The position numbers were made by a program, and so were the translations under genes. Source: Octopus sinensis (Eukaryota). From it: a DNA stretch of 64,000 nucleotides. Every line of letters starts with the position of its first letter. The first letter of the stretch is position 1. Of this stretch, positions 13,021 to 25,199 are shown piece by piece. The notes below the pieces were generated by a model. The model did not search any database. It was given only the letters and a program-made list of their open reading frames with translations, and had not been told where the DNA came from. The stretch lies in NCBI RefSeq assembly GCF_006345805.1, contig NC_043007.1, forward strand, positions 1,922,001 to 1,986,000. Reading direction: 5' to 3'.

Positions 13021-15035
13021 CCACAAATACAAATTCCATTGATGTTCATCTATTTTATTTGTTTTGATTTGATTGATTTTCACTTGCCTCAACATGTCTT
13101 CACAAGTGTCCCCACAAGAAGGAAGGTATGCACAGGTGGACTGACTACGTCCCAGGTAGGGGCCCCGGGTTATGGCCTGACTAGTCTTGCCGGGGGTCTT
13201 CGGATGGTGTTTTTATGTGCCACCGACACAGTGCCAGATGAGGCTGGCGAACGGCCACGATCGGATGGTGTTTGTTACGTGCCCACAGCACGGAGGCCAG
13301 TCGTGCGTACTGGCTACGGCCACGTTCGGTGGTTTTCTTGTGTGCCACCGGCACTGGTACCACAAGATACAAATTCCATTGATGTTCATCTATTTTGATT
13401 TGATTTGATTTTCACTTGCCTCAACAGGTCTTCACAGCTCTTCACAAGTGTCACAGGAAGGAAGGTATGCAACAGGGGACTGACTACGTCCCAAGTAGGG
13501 GCCACGGGTTATGGCCTGACTAGTCTTGCCGGGGTCTTCGGTTGGTGTTTTTATGTGCCACCGACACAGGTGCCAGTGAGGGGCTGGCGAACGGCCACGA
13601 TCGATGGTGTTTGTTATGTGCCACGTCACAGAGGCCAGTCGATGCGGTACTGGCTACGGCCAACGTTCGGATGGTTTTTCTTGTGTGCCAACGGTACTGG
13701 TACCACAAAGATACAAATTCCATTGATGTTCATCTATTTTGATTTGGTTTGATTGATTTGATTTGATTTCACTTGCTCACACAGTCTACACAGTGTCACA
13801 CACTGCCTCAACAGGTCTTCACAAGTGTCATAAGTAGGTGTCACACACTTGCCTCAACAGGTCTTCACAAGTGTCATGACTGGACTGATACGCGCCGGGT
13901 CTTCGGATGGTGTTTTTATGTGCCACCGACACAGGTGCCAGATGAGGCTGGCGAACGGCCACGATCAGATGGTGTTTGTTGTGCCACAGCACGGAGGCCA
14001 GTCGATGCGGTACTGGCTACGGCCACGTTCGGATGGTTTTTCTTGTGTGCCACGGTACTGGAACCACAAAGATACAAAGCCATTGATGTTCATCTATTTT
14101 GATTTGGTTGATTTGATTTTCACTTGCCTCAAAGGTCTTCACAAGTGTCACACACTTGCCTCAACAGGTCTCCACAAGTGTCACACACTTGCCTCTGCCT
14201 CAACAGGTCTTCACAAGTGTCACACACTTGCCTCAACAGGTCTTCACAAGTGTCATAAGAGGGAAGGTATGCACAGGTGGACTGACTACGTCGCCGGGTC
14301 TTCGGATGGTGTCTTTATGTGCCACCGACACAGGTGCCAGATGAGGCTGGCGAACGGCCACGATCGGATGGTTTTTGTTGTGCCCACAGCACGGAGGCCA
14401 GTCGATGCGGTACTGGCTATTGGCCACGTTCGGATGGTTTTCTTGTGCCACCGGTACTGGAACCACAAAGATACAAATTCCATTGATGTTCATCTATTTT
14501 GATTTGGTTTGATTTTGATTTTCACTTGCCTCAACAGGTCTTCACAAGTGTCACACACTTGCCTCAACAGGTCTCCACAAGTGTCACACACTTGTCTCTG
14601 CCTCAACAGGTCTTCACAAGTGTCACACACTTGCCTCAACAGGTCTTCACAAGTGTCATAAGAGGGAAGGTATGCACAGGTGGACTGACTACGTCGCCGG
14701 GTCTTCGGATGGTGTCTTATGTGCCACCGACACAGGTGCCAGATGAGGCTGGCGAACGGCCACGATCGGATGGTGTTTGTTGTGCCCACAGCACGGAGGC
14801 CAGTCGATGCGGTACTGGCTACGGCCACGTTTGGGTGGTTTTCTTGTGTGCCACCGGCACTGGTACCACAAAGAATACAATTCCACTGATGTTCATCTAT
14901 TTTGATTTGTTTTGATTTGATTTTCACTTGCCTCAACAGGTCTTCATAAGTGTCACAAGAAGGAAGGTATGCACAGGAGGACTGACTATGTCCCAGGTAG
15001 GGGCCACGGGTTATGCCTGACTAGTCTTGCCGGGT
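13021..15035. repeat. Tandem array of ~340-405-bp units (about 5.5 copies), each a LINE 3' UTR plus a family C segment, with a nested ~31-bp subrepeat
   Basis: Anchor caaattccattgatgttcatctatttt (or a close variant) recurs near 13030, 13370, 13713, 14074, 14473 and 14877. Subrepeat cacacttgcctcaacaggtcttcacaagtgt occurs 1-4 times per unit. Confidence 0.9.
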
Positions 15036-15503
15036 CTTCTCACGCACAGCATACTTCCATAGGTCTCGGTCTCTAGACATTTCCTTAGTGAGACCTAAAG
15101 TTCGAAGGTCGTGCTTCACCACCTCGTCCCAGGTTTTCCTGGGTCTACCTCTTCCACAGGTTCCCTCAACTGCTAGGGTGTAGCACTTTTGCACACAACT
15201 ATCTTCAGCCATTCTCATCACATGACCATACCAGCGCAAACGTCTCTCTTGCACACCACAACTGACGCTTCTTAGGTTCAACTTTTCTCTCAAGGAACTT
15301 ACACTCTGACGATTATGAACACTGACATTACACATCCATCGAGCATACTGGCTTCATTTCTTGCGAGCTTACGCATGTCCTCAGCAGTCACGGCCCATGT
15401 TTCACTACCATGTAGCATGGCTGTACGTACACATGCATCATACAGTCTGCCTTTTACTCTGAGCGAGAGGCCTTTTGTCACCAGCAGGGGTAAGAGCTCT
15501 CTA
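14902..15503 (-). mobile_element. 5'-truncated RTE-clade LINE: ORF2 C-terminus, 3' UTR and (AAATC)n-like tail
   Basis: Two overlapping minus-strand ORFs (one frameshift) give KGRLYDACVRTAMLHGSETWAVT...QERRLRWYGHVMRM...GRGRPRKTWDEVVKHDL...DRDLWK, typical post-RT motifs of RTE LINEs. Confidence 0.88.
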
Positions 15504-15522
15504 AATATATATATATATATAT

Positions 15523-15994
15523 ATATATCTTGTGCTAGTAGTATTTGAAAAGCACCATTTGGGTGTATTCGATGCTAGTGCCACCTGACTGGCCCTCATG
15601 CCAGTGGCTTGTAAAAAGCACCCACTACACTCTCAGAGGGGTTGGCATTAGGAAGGGCATCCAGTTGTAGAAACCTTACTAGATCAGATTGGAGCCTGGT
15701 GCAGCCTCCTGTCTTACCAGTCCTCAGTCAAACTGTCCAACCCATGCCAGCATGGAAGGCAGACGTTGATGATGATGACGACGATGACGACATACACACA
15801 CACACACACATACTCACACATGTTTGTGTGTGTGTGTGGATCCTCTCTTCTAAAATGTGAGTTGTCATTTAGCTCCTCTACAGTAAGAAACTGGTTCTGC
15901 TCATGGCCATTTTCTCATGGTTTTAGCCCCTTGACTCTTTGTGTTAAGTTTCCCCCTAGGGGTTTGTAGTCTTGAAAGATTCATGGTAACCTCA
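15523..15994 (+). repeat. Copy 2 of the ~470-bp direct duplication
   Basis: Near-identical to 12546-13020. Confidence 0.9.
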
Positions 15995-16452
15995 TTAGTG
16001 CTGGTAGCATGTGAACAGCATCCAGTGCATGTTGTAAAGTGGTTGGTATTAGAAAGAGTATCAGGCCATAGAAACCATGCCAGAGCTGACACTGGGGCAC
16101 TATGGAGTCTTTGGGGGCCACTGGATCCTGTTGAACTATCTGTCTGACACCAGCATAGATCATGGATGTTAATTGATAATGTTGATGATATATCAGTAAC
16201 ATCATCATCATCATCATCCTTTGATATTTGTTGTCTGTGCTAGCATGGTTTGGACAGTTTGACCAGAGCTAGCAAGCTGGGAAGCTGCACCAGACTCCTG
16301 TCTGGTTTGACATGGTTTCTCCAGATGGATGCCACTTTTCAGAGTGTGCTGGGTGCTTTTACGTGCCATCGTACTGGCACTTTCATGTGGCACTCCACAG
16401 GTGCTCTTATGGGACACTGCATGGGTGCTTTTACATGTCATCACATATAAAG

Positions 16453-16496
<44 letters not shown>

Positions 16497-16504
16497 GCAC
16501 ATAT

Positions 16505-16842
16505 ATTGAGGGTAGAGATCCCCTTCGGTCATGAATGACCATGGGATTGCACCAAGAAAATTCCCCTCTGAGGCACAAGTCCAGGCAAGGCTGTTTATGG
16601 AAGACAAGCAGTTGCCCATGGATACCACACTCTCCTCTCCATGCTACCGATGTTACCCAAGGGAATGGCAAAGGCTATGATACAGTTTGGCACCAGTGAC
16701 ATCGCAACTCATTTCTATGGTTCAGTGAACTGGAGCAACATGAAACAAAGTGTCTTGCTCAAGAACACAACACAGAGCCTGGTCCAGGAATCGAACTCAC
16801 TACCTCATGATTGTAAACCTGATGCTCTAACCACTGAGCAAT
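16505..16842 (-). mobile_element. tRNA-derived SINE family E
   Basis: Minus-strand head ttgctcagtggttagagcatcagg...gagttcgattcctggacc followed by gtgttcttgagcaagacactt. A second copy lies at 58706-59021. Confidence 0.8.
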
Positions 16843-17259
16843 AGGTGCAGGAGTGACTGTGTGGTACAAAGCCTGCTTCCCAACCGCATGGTTCTTGGTT
16901 CAGTCCCACTGCATGGCACCTTGGGCAAGTTTCTTCTATTATGGTGTCAGGCCAACCAAAGACTTCAGAGCAAATTTGGGAGATGGAAACTGAGAGAAGC
17001 CTCTTGTATGTATTTATATCTATATGTGTGTACTTTTGAGTCTGTATTTGTTCTCCACCATCACTTGACCCCCAGCATTGGTGGGTGTACATTCCCATAA
17101 CGTAGCAGTTTGGAAAAAGAGACTGATAAATTCAGTACAGGGCTTTAAGAAAGTTATATAAGTACTGGGGGAAATTTATTTGACTTAAACTTCTTAAAGG
17201 CAGTGCCCCAGCATGGCCGCAATCTAATGACTGAAACAAGTAAAAGATAAAAGATAAAA
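16843..17259 (+). mobile_element. SINE family A (diverged), back-to-back with the family E head
   Basis: Head aggtgcaggagtgactgtgtgg through tail aaacaagtaaaagataaaag. Confidence 0.75.
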
Positions 17260-17374
17260 TCATACACACACACACACAAATAAATATTCAACCATACATA
17301 CATACATAGTATATATGTGTGTGTGTGTGTTTATGGCACATATGTACACACAAATATTCAACCACATATACATT

Positions 17375-17870
17375 TATGTATGTATGTATGTATGATTTAT
17401 GTATGTATGGTGTATGTATGTATGTATATATGTATGTATGTATGATGTATGTATATAGGTATGTATGTATGTAGATATGTATGATGTTTGTATATAGATA
17501 TGTATGTATATATGTATGTATGATGTATGTATGTATGTATGATGTATGTATGTAGATAGATATGTATGTATGTATGTATGTATGATGTATGTATGATGTA
17601 TGTATGTATGTAGATATGTATGTATGTATGTATGTGCATATGTATGTATGTATGTATGTATGATGTATGTAGATATGTATGTATGTATGTATGTATGATG
17701 TATGTATGTATGATGTATGTATGTATGTATGTATGTATGATGTATGTATGTACGTATGCATGTATGATGTATGTATGTACGTATGTATGTATGATGTATG
17801 TATGTATGTATATATGTATGTATGTATGCATGTGTGTATGTATGTACGTCGTATGTATGTAGATATGTGT
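17375..17870. repeat. (ATGT)n tetranucleotide satellite with ATG interruptions
   Basis: Directly visible. Confidence 0.95.
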
Positions 17871-19085
17871 GTATATTTATGACTGTTTGTCTCTCTCTTG
17901 GATTGATTATAAAATCTACATTGAAGCCATGTGCTATGTAATTGAAGGCCGAAGAAACATACGATGCACTCTGTAACACTCCACGTTTGATGCCAATCTT
18001 TTCGGTTGCCGTTAAGTAATGTAATCAGAGATATCATGTTAACACTACAACAATAAATAATATTTATATTGTTATTGTCCAGAAGTTCAGCAAATACTTT
18101 CTCATTGTCACGGACAGACACATTCTGATGCCTTCCTCGTATATTCTGCTGAGATTTCTATGTATGCAACCCAAAATATCAGTGTACAGCAGGCTTCTTT
18201 ATATTTAGAAAGACTTGCATTTCTACTCAGCCGTTTGAATTACTATTATTAAATTGCTATTATTGAAATTACTATTGTTAGCCGTTTCATTGGGATGGAA
18301 TTCAAGCATAACACTGGATTCTTCGGGAAAATTTAGTTCCAAGTAAGCAATGTTCTTGTGATTTCGGTGTATGCATAGAAGCTGTAATTTCACCGCTTGG
18401 TGCAGGCATGGCTGCATGGTTAAGAAGTTCGTTTTTGAAACCCAGGGGTGTTGGGTTCAATCCCACTGTGTGGCATTTTGGGCAAGTGTCAGCCCTGGGC
18501 TGATCAAACTTTGTGAGTAAACGTGGTAAATTTGATTGATGGAAACAATGAGAAGCCTGTTATACATATATGCATGTGTGTATGCAAAACAGAATTTGGA
18601 TAAACACAGAATAAAATCCCTTGTGATGTCTTAACAGTATAAATATTTCAGTATAAATATAGCATTTTCAGTCTTATAAATGGGAAATATGAATATCCGA
18701 TGCAGGACTTGTGAATATACGGAGGCAGTGATTTATTAAGTTTGTAATTTATACACACACACACACACATACACACACACATATACACACAGTGTCAATT
18801 GACTATTGTTGCACTCAAAATACATCCATCCATACACAGTCTTTTACCTAAGCACACATACACTCACACACGTAAACACACACACACACACACACACATA
18901 CTCATAGTAACACTTTGATGGCAGTGCACACAAAATACATCTGTCTTATAACACAAACTCAGTTAAGCACAATCATACATGATTTTGCACACGCACACAC
19001 ACACACACACACACTCACACACATACCTTGAGTATCAGCACACACAAAATATATCTACCTATACAAAGTCTTACCGAAATCCCAT

Positions 19086-19117
<32 letters not shown>

Positions 19118-19880
19118 AACACACATAGACTCTAAGTCACTCACACACACACACACACACACATACAACACACATAGACTCTAAGTCACTCACACACACA
19201 CACACACACATACAAACACACATAGACTCTAAGTCACTCACACACACACACACACACATACAAACACACATAGACTCTAAGTCACTCACACACACACACA
19301 CACACTACAAACACACATAGACTCTAAGTCACTCACCACACACACACACACATACAAACACACATAGACTCTAAGTCACTCACACACACACACACACACA
19401 CATACAAACACACATAGACTCTAAGTCACTCACACACACACACACACACACATACAAACACACATAGACTCTAAGTCACTCACACACACACACACACACA
19501 TACAAACACACATAGACTCTAAGTCACTCACACACACACACACACACATACAAACACACATAGACTCTAAGTCACTCACACACACACACACACACACATA
19601 CAAACACACATAGACTCTAAGTCACTCACACACACACACACACACATACAAACACACATAGACTCTAAGTCACTCACACACACACACACACACATACAAA
19701 CACACATTGACTCTAAGTCACACACACACACACACACACATACAAACACACATAGACTCTAAGTCACTCACACACACACACACACACATACAAACACACA
19801 TTGACTCTAAGTCACACACACACACACACACATACAAACACACACACACTCTCAGTCACTCACACACTCTCAGTCTCACA
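19086..19880. repeat. ~48-bp minisatellite, 15 copies: (CA)n-tacaaacacaca-tagactctaagtcact
   Basis: gactctaagtca counted 15 times between about 19128 and 19815. Confidence 0.92.
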
Positions 19881-20008
19881 CACACACACACACACAATAC
19901 AATACAGCTCAATATAAACCATCTGAATGATGTTCGACAACCTATTTGTTGCTGTTGAAAATATAGGATTGAAAAATGAGCTCATTCCCTCTCTCTCTCT
20001 CTTCCTCC

Positions 20009-20066
<58 letters not shown>

Positions 20067-20400
20067 TTTACCAATTTATTCCAAGAGCCAGACAACTGAT
20101 TAAAACCTATGTTACAATCTCTGACAGCATAATATCACTCTTTCTGTCACTACGGAGCAGTCTTAAGTATTTCCATCTTTAATATTACTGTTTCAGAAAT
20201 ATGGTAAAACTAAAAATAACTGCAGTTGCTATTCTCAGCAGTTTCTGATAATTTCGTCTCCATTTTTGATCATGTTCTGTATATATTTGGTGTTATATCG
20301 GAAATAGTGTGTCTTGGAACTGTTTCATTAAGTTTAAGATATTGTTTATTCCATGCTCAACCCTTTGATACCAATCTGCCAAAGACAGTCCCTGATATTT

Positions 20401-20446
<46 letters not shown>

Positions 20447-21237
20447 ATCTCTCTCTCTCCCTCTCTCTCATTCTCACTCTCTCTCTCTCCCTCGCTCTCT
20501 CTCTAGGTAACTATTTCTGTCCTCATTCATATTAACTTTCACTCTCCTTCTTTCCCTTCTCTCCCCCTTCACCCTCCCCTCCCCTATCTCCTCTCCCCCT
20601 CCCCATCTCTGGCTGGGTAACCATGGACTCCCTCGACAGCAAGGCATCTCTGCCTCTCTCTTTCACACTCAAATCTTTCATCATCTGACACAAGTTCACC
20701 TCATCCAATGCCCCGTCCCCGCTCAAAGACTCTTTGTCTTGCAAAGTCACTCGGGTGACCCTACCAGTGCCGGTGCCACTTAAAATGCACCCAGTCCAAA
20801 CCGTGAAGCAGTTGGCATTTGGAAGGGCATCCAGCTGTAAAAACATCATCAAAACTGATGTCGCCTGTGCAAGTGCCATGTAAGAAGCACTTGCACTCAT
20901 CCCACTCTACGGAGTGGTTGGTTTTAAGAAGAGCATCCAGCCATAAAAACCCTGCTGAAACAGGCACTGTAGTTTGGTGCAGTCTCCTGCCTGGCCATCT
21001 CCTGTCGAACAATCCAACCTATACCAGCATGGAAGGAGGACATTAAATGATGATGATGTTGGTGGCAGCAGTGGCGTGGTAAGAACTACATTAAGGGTAC
21101 ATGTGTCTGTGGAATACTCAGCCACTTGCAATGTTTAATTTCATGAGCAAGTTGTTCCGTTTATCGTATCAATCCTTTTACTTCAGAAATCAAATATATT
21201 CACTTGAAATTTTATTTCCCTTAACTGCAAAAACGCA

Positions 21238-21276
<39 letters not shown>

Positions 21277-22878
21277 CTATCTTTCCTTGCAGAATGTCAT
21301 GTTTGAAATTATATTCCATTTAGACATGCTAAGTTTACTGTGGCAGTGTGACTTGCAGAAAATACCAATTCCGTTTTCGAAAGTAACATCGTTACTGAAA
21401 TAACCACAAAATTTGATTTTGCTGTGAAAAGGTTAATAACGACCAAGCCATTTTAATAAATACTTCATTAATTTAAAAACGAATCAAAAACAAAATTGGT
21501 GTATTTCAATTGAAATATGGTAATAAAAGGATCAATGCTACTGGCTCCGGTATTAATTCTACCCCAGAACTATTTTACCATTATGATATAACATATCAGT
21601 GAAATTGCTTGAGAAGAATTGCTTCTGACCAATCAGTTTCATTAACTTCGTATTTGCTTGTGTTATTAATTTGGAAATATACAAAAAAAAAAAAAGAAAA
21701 TAAAAATGGATGGAATTTTATAACAATTTCAGAAATTTCATTGTTAAGTGCCATTCTCAAAAATTTTATTCTTAAATCATTAACACTGAAAGAAAAATGT
21801 TGCCAGACAATTTAACTATTAAATCTCTCAATTTGAATTTTTATTTAAAACCGAAATGAAAATTATAATGATCACAAGCTGTTTGTGCTGTCTATTGATA
21901 TTCAAAGTTTCAAAATGACGTGTTTTTGTCACTACATTTTTCCCATGAGCTGTCATAATACGACTATATACGAACGTCTGTGTGTCTTTGTCTTTGGAAA
22001 CACAGCAGACTCCCACTTGATGTAAAAATGGTTAATAATTGATATAATTGAAAATGCTTGAATTTAATTCAGAGTTTTTGAATTCTAATATTTTTATATA
22101 AAGGAGATAACTTATTCGTTCTGAGTAGTTGTATTTGCATAATTTTAACTAACACACTGTAAAATTCCCATTATAAATGTTTTAAGCTGAAATAATCGAG
22201 TTAGTTCAGCCCCATTCTTTGTCATATCAACTGATTTAATCCTAAAAGAGTAAACTGTTCTGCTGCCAATTAAATAAGCTGGATTTCAATGTATTAAGTG
22301 CTTCCTTCAGATTACAGCATCAGTAATACAAAGCATTTCGGTGGAGAGACTAATTCTTTATCTGTTTAGTCTTTGCAGTTCTTCTTGATACGGAATCACC
22401 TGAGTTTACGATGTGTATTTAATAAAATAAAACGTGTTGGTTGCATAGCAATAAATTAGTGGCAACAAGAATGGTCTCATTGCTGTTCACCTTTGTTCTC
22501 GTAATTTCACCTTTTGTGACACTCAGCATTTCAGAATTAGCATGAATTAATGTCCTTATCCGCTTCTGCTTCCAGTAATCTCTTATATGGCATATTTCCT
22601 GCTCATCGGCTCAAAAGATAAACTGAAAAGGGGAAAAATAAAAGCTAAATGAAGGGCTTGTAGTGTTCATTCCAGGAATAGACTGTATTTCATAGCATAA
22701 AAGCTTCACTCACATATTACATGTAACCCGTCTTTAGTAGCACATATTTATATTCAGGAAGAAAATTAACTGATGGGAGCCCCACTTTCACATATAGGAC
22801 CCAAAGAGATTGTTTTGGAGACTTTTTCTTTAAATAATGTGCATCATATATTCGCTATCAAATACAATATGTATTCTT

Positions 22879-23061
22879 GATGTACATTTGCCATTTAAAT
22901 ATGGCTAACCCCTAAGGGTGGATGCTACTGTAGTTTGTAGCCCCGGGAGGACACCTCCTCCAGCTGGCTATAGACACACTTTCTGTGCCCTATCAGTATT
23001 TGCAAACTACAGTAGCATCTACCCTTAGGGGTTAGCCATATTTAAATGGCAAATGTACGTC
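22879..23061. mobile_element. Palindromic MITE with ~59-bp inverted arms
   Basis: 22879-22937 and 23003-23061 are reverse complements with 2 mismatches. Confidence 0.8.
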
Positions 23062-23349
23062 ACGATGTATTGCAGCTACTGTTTATAACTTGCTCTAAGA
23101 TTTATTATTACAATATGTATTAATTATTGACAATGTATCGTTTGAGAGAATTGATCCATCAGTAATAATAACTTGGATTTATGACAAAAACACTAAGTCC
23201 ATTTAATCATATATGATGTATTCTTATTCTTTTTCTTTTTTTTTGGTTTGAGCTACTGGATTTTGCCCATGCTGGAGCAGTACCTTCAATCATATCATCC
23301 TCCAGTACTTATTTCCATCTGGTACTTCTTTTATCAATCTCTATTTGTC

Positions 23350-23815
23350 AAATAGCTAAGTATCCTGCTTGTGTGGCATGGTGCAGAGTCCTGTTGCCAG
23401 ATATAGGGTCTTCCAGCTGCCACCCTCTTGACCCAGGGCAGCACTGCCTCCTCCAGGCACTTAATGTAGGCCTCCATGTTCAGTCTGAGAGCATGTGAGA
23501 AAATGAATGGAGGCATAACATCACCAAAACTAGTGATCACTCCAGACACCATGATGTTGACTGGATGTTTGATTTTTATCACTCTCTGTACATGCACTGT
23601 CCTCAGATGGACTCCCAAACACTCTGAAATGTTCATATTAGAGCTTCTGGTGTGAATGCCAAGCAGTATACCATGTCGTTTCCAAGGTGCTGTTTTTCTC
23701 ACAGGCGGTGCCCAACTGACCCTACTATACTTTGTAGTTGGCAAAATCAAAAACAAACAATGTACATGAACAAAATTATAAATATAAAATGGTGACAATT
23801 TACCATCACACCCTG
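23350..23815 (-). mobile_element. Internally deleted Tc1/mariner-superfamily transposon (maT/rosa-like)
   Basis: TIR-like cagggtgtgatggtaaattgtcacc on the minus strand from 23815. The peptide has an HTH-like ISECLGVHLRTV fused to KHPVNIMVSGVITSFGDVMPPFIF...YIKCLEEAVLPWVK...YIWQQDSAPCHTS (second catalytic Asp motif). Confidence 0.8.
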
Positions 23816-23915
23816 CTGTGCCTTCATCTCAGATGTTCCTCAAAATACCAGTAAAAAAAAAATGTGCAAACTGACATTCACTCACTCGCATGTCATTATC
23901 ATAACTTTATATATC

Positions 23916-24308
23916 ACTAGCAGTATCACCTGGGGTTGCTTGGGTTTGTTTTGACCCTTTAGAATTGGAATTTTTGAAAAGTAAAAATTCTGCATTATGT
24001 AGCTTGTTATTCTCTTTAAGTGAACATTTTTCTGGTTGAAATACACCGAAAAATGGTGACACAGCAGTAAAAAAATCATAAAAAATAGGGATTTTCATAG
24101 AAAAAAAAAGCACCTTTTTGGCGCAAATAATTTTTGGTGTTAACATGGTCCGATTTAAATTTTTTATTCTACGGAAGGACGAGCAAGCCTTCTTCTATCA
24201 TACTCTCATTTTTGGTCAACTTGTGCTGCAGGGTCTCGGAGGAGATAGTGTTAGTTGAAGGCTACCAAATCTGCCATACACAGACAACTTCAGCTTTGTA
24301 TATATAGA
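23916..24308 (-). mobile_element. Probable non-autonomous Helitron
   Basis: On the minus strand it starts tctatatatacaaagctgaag (5'-TC) and ends cccaagcaaccccaggtgatactgCTAGT (3'-CTAG after a degenerate GC-rich hairpin). No long TIR or TSD seen. Confidence 0.6.
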
Positions 24309-25019
24309 GAGATTTCTAATAATTAGAATTTATGGAGAAAAATTATCACCACAGAAAATAAATCGGATTTGCCAGTTATATTTATACCTTCCATTTATTT
24401 TTTAATATACCATATCAACATTATAACTTATATTTGCTCAAATTGTCTTTTCTTGTCTTTATACGATATTCGATGCAGTCTGGTATCTTTCAGAAGTTTC
24501 TAATCATTTCTTGGGAGACCATGTCAGAATCTTTTCCCTGTCTAGTTATCAGATGCTGGAGTAAGAAAACCGCTCCAGGATATTTCTTCACTAAAGAGTG
24601 TTTCTAACACCTGGGTAATGATAAAGTAGTTTTGTCTTCGCAGAATTTCAGATGCAAGCTGTTATTTTAAAGGGAAATTAACTCAATGCAGTATCAGGAG
24701 TGCAAATTCAAAAATACCGAAAACAAAAGCATTTTGTTGTAGACTTTTTCAAAAAAATAACTTTTTCTGTAAATCCGAAGTTTAGATTCTTTTTAGTTTT
24801 CTCTCCAAAAATCCAATACATGTTATTCTTCATTATTTTTTATGAAGAGTTTTGCAGAATTGTCAGCGTTTGAGATAAAAGATTTTGTGGTGTTTGTTCT
24901 GATTCTTAACATTCAGATTTCAAATAAATCCCGCTCAAGTCAACTTTGCTTTTCATCCTTTTAAGGTTAATAAAATAAGGTACAATTCATCTGATAGCAT
25001 AAATGGTAATTTTTTTTCT

Positions 25020-25199
25020 TTTACTACCCACAAGGGGCTAAACATAGAAGGGACAAACAAGGACAGACAAAGGGATTAGGTCGGTTACATTGACCTCAGT
25101 GCGAAACTGGTACTTTATTTATCGACCCCAAAAGAATGAAAAGCAAAGTCAACCTCGGCGGAATTTGAACTCAGAACATAACGACAGACGAAATACCTC
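25020..25199 (-). mobile_element. SINE family B, 5'-truncated at gacgaaatacct
   Basis: Homology to the other B copies. Confidence 0.75.

Noticed and set aside
12967-14936. Cluster of overlapping 60-217-aa ORFs with repeated peptides
   Set aside because: They arise from the tandem array, and frames shift between units through indels.
13021-15035. Repeat/spacer look reminiscent of a CRISPR array
   Set aside because: The intervening segments are copies of each other rather than unique spacers, there are no cas genes, and the context is a eukaryotic intron.
17288-18121. Long ORFs rich in His/Thr/Tyr/Ile, poly-Met, poly-Ile, poly-Leu or Cys-Val (also 2721-3276, 4735-5171, 31214-32118, 37194-37968, 51524-52199, 52998-53417)
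   Set aside because: They are translations of microsatellites that lack stop codons; no splice or homology support.
19086-19880. Regularly spaced fixed motif resembling a CRISPR repeat
   Set aside because: The spacers are only (CA)n; this is a minisatellite.
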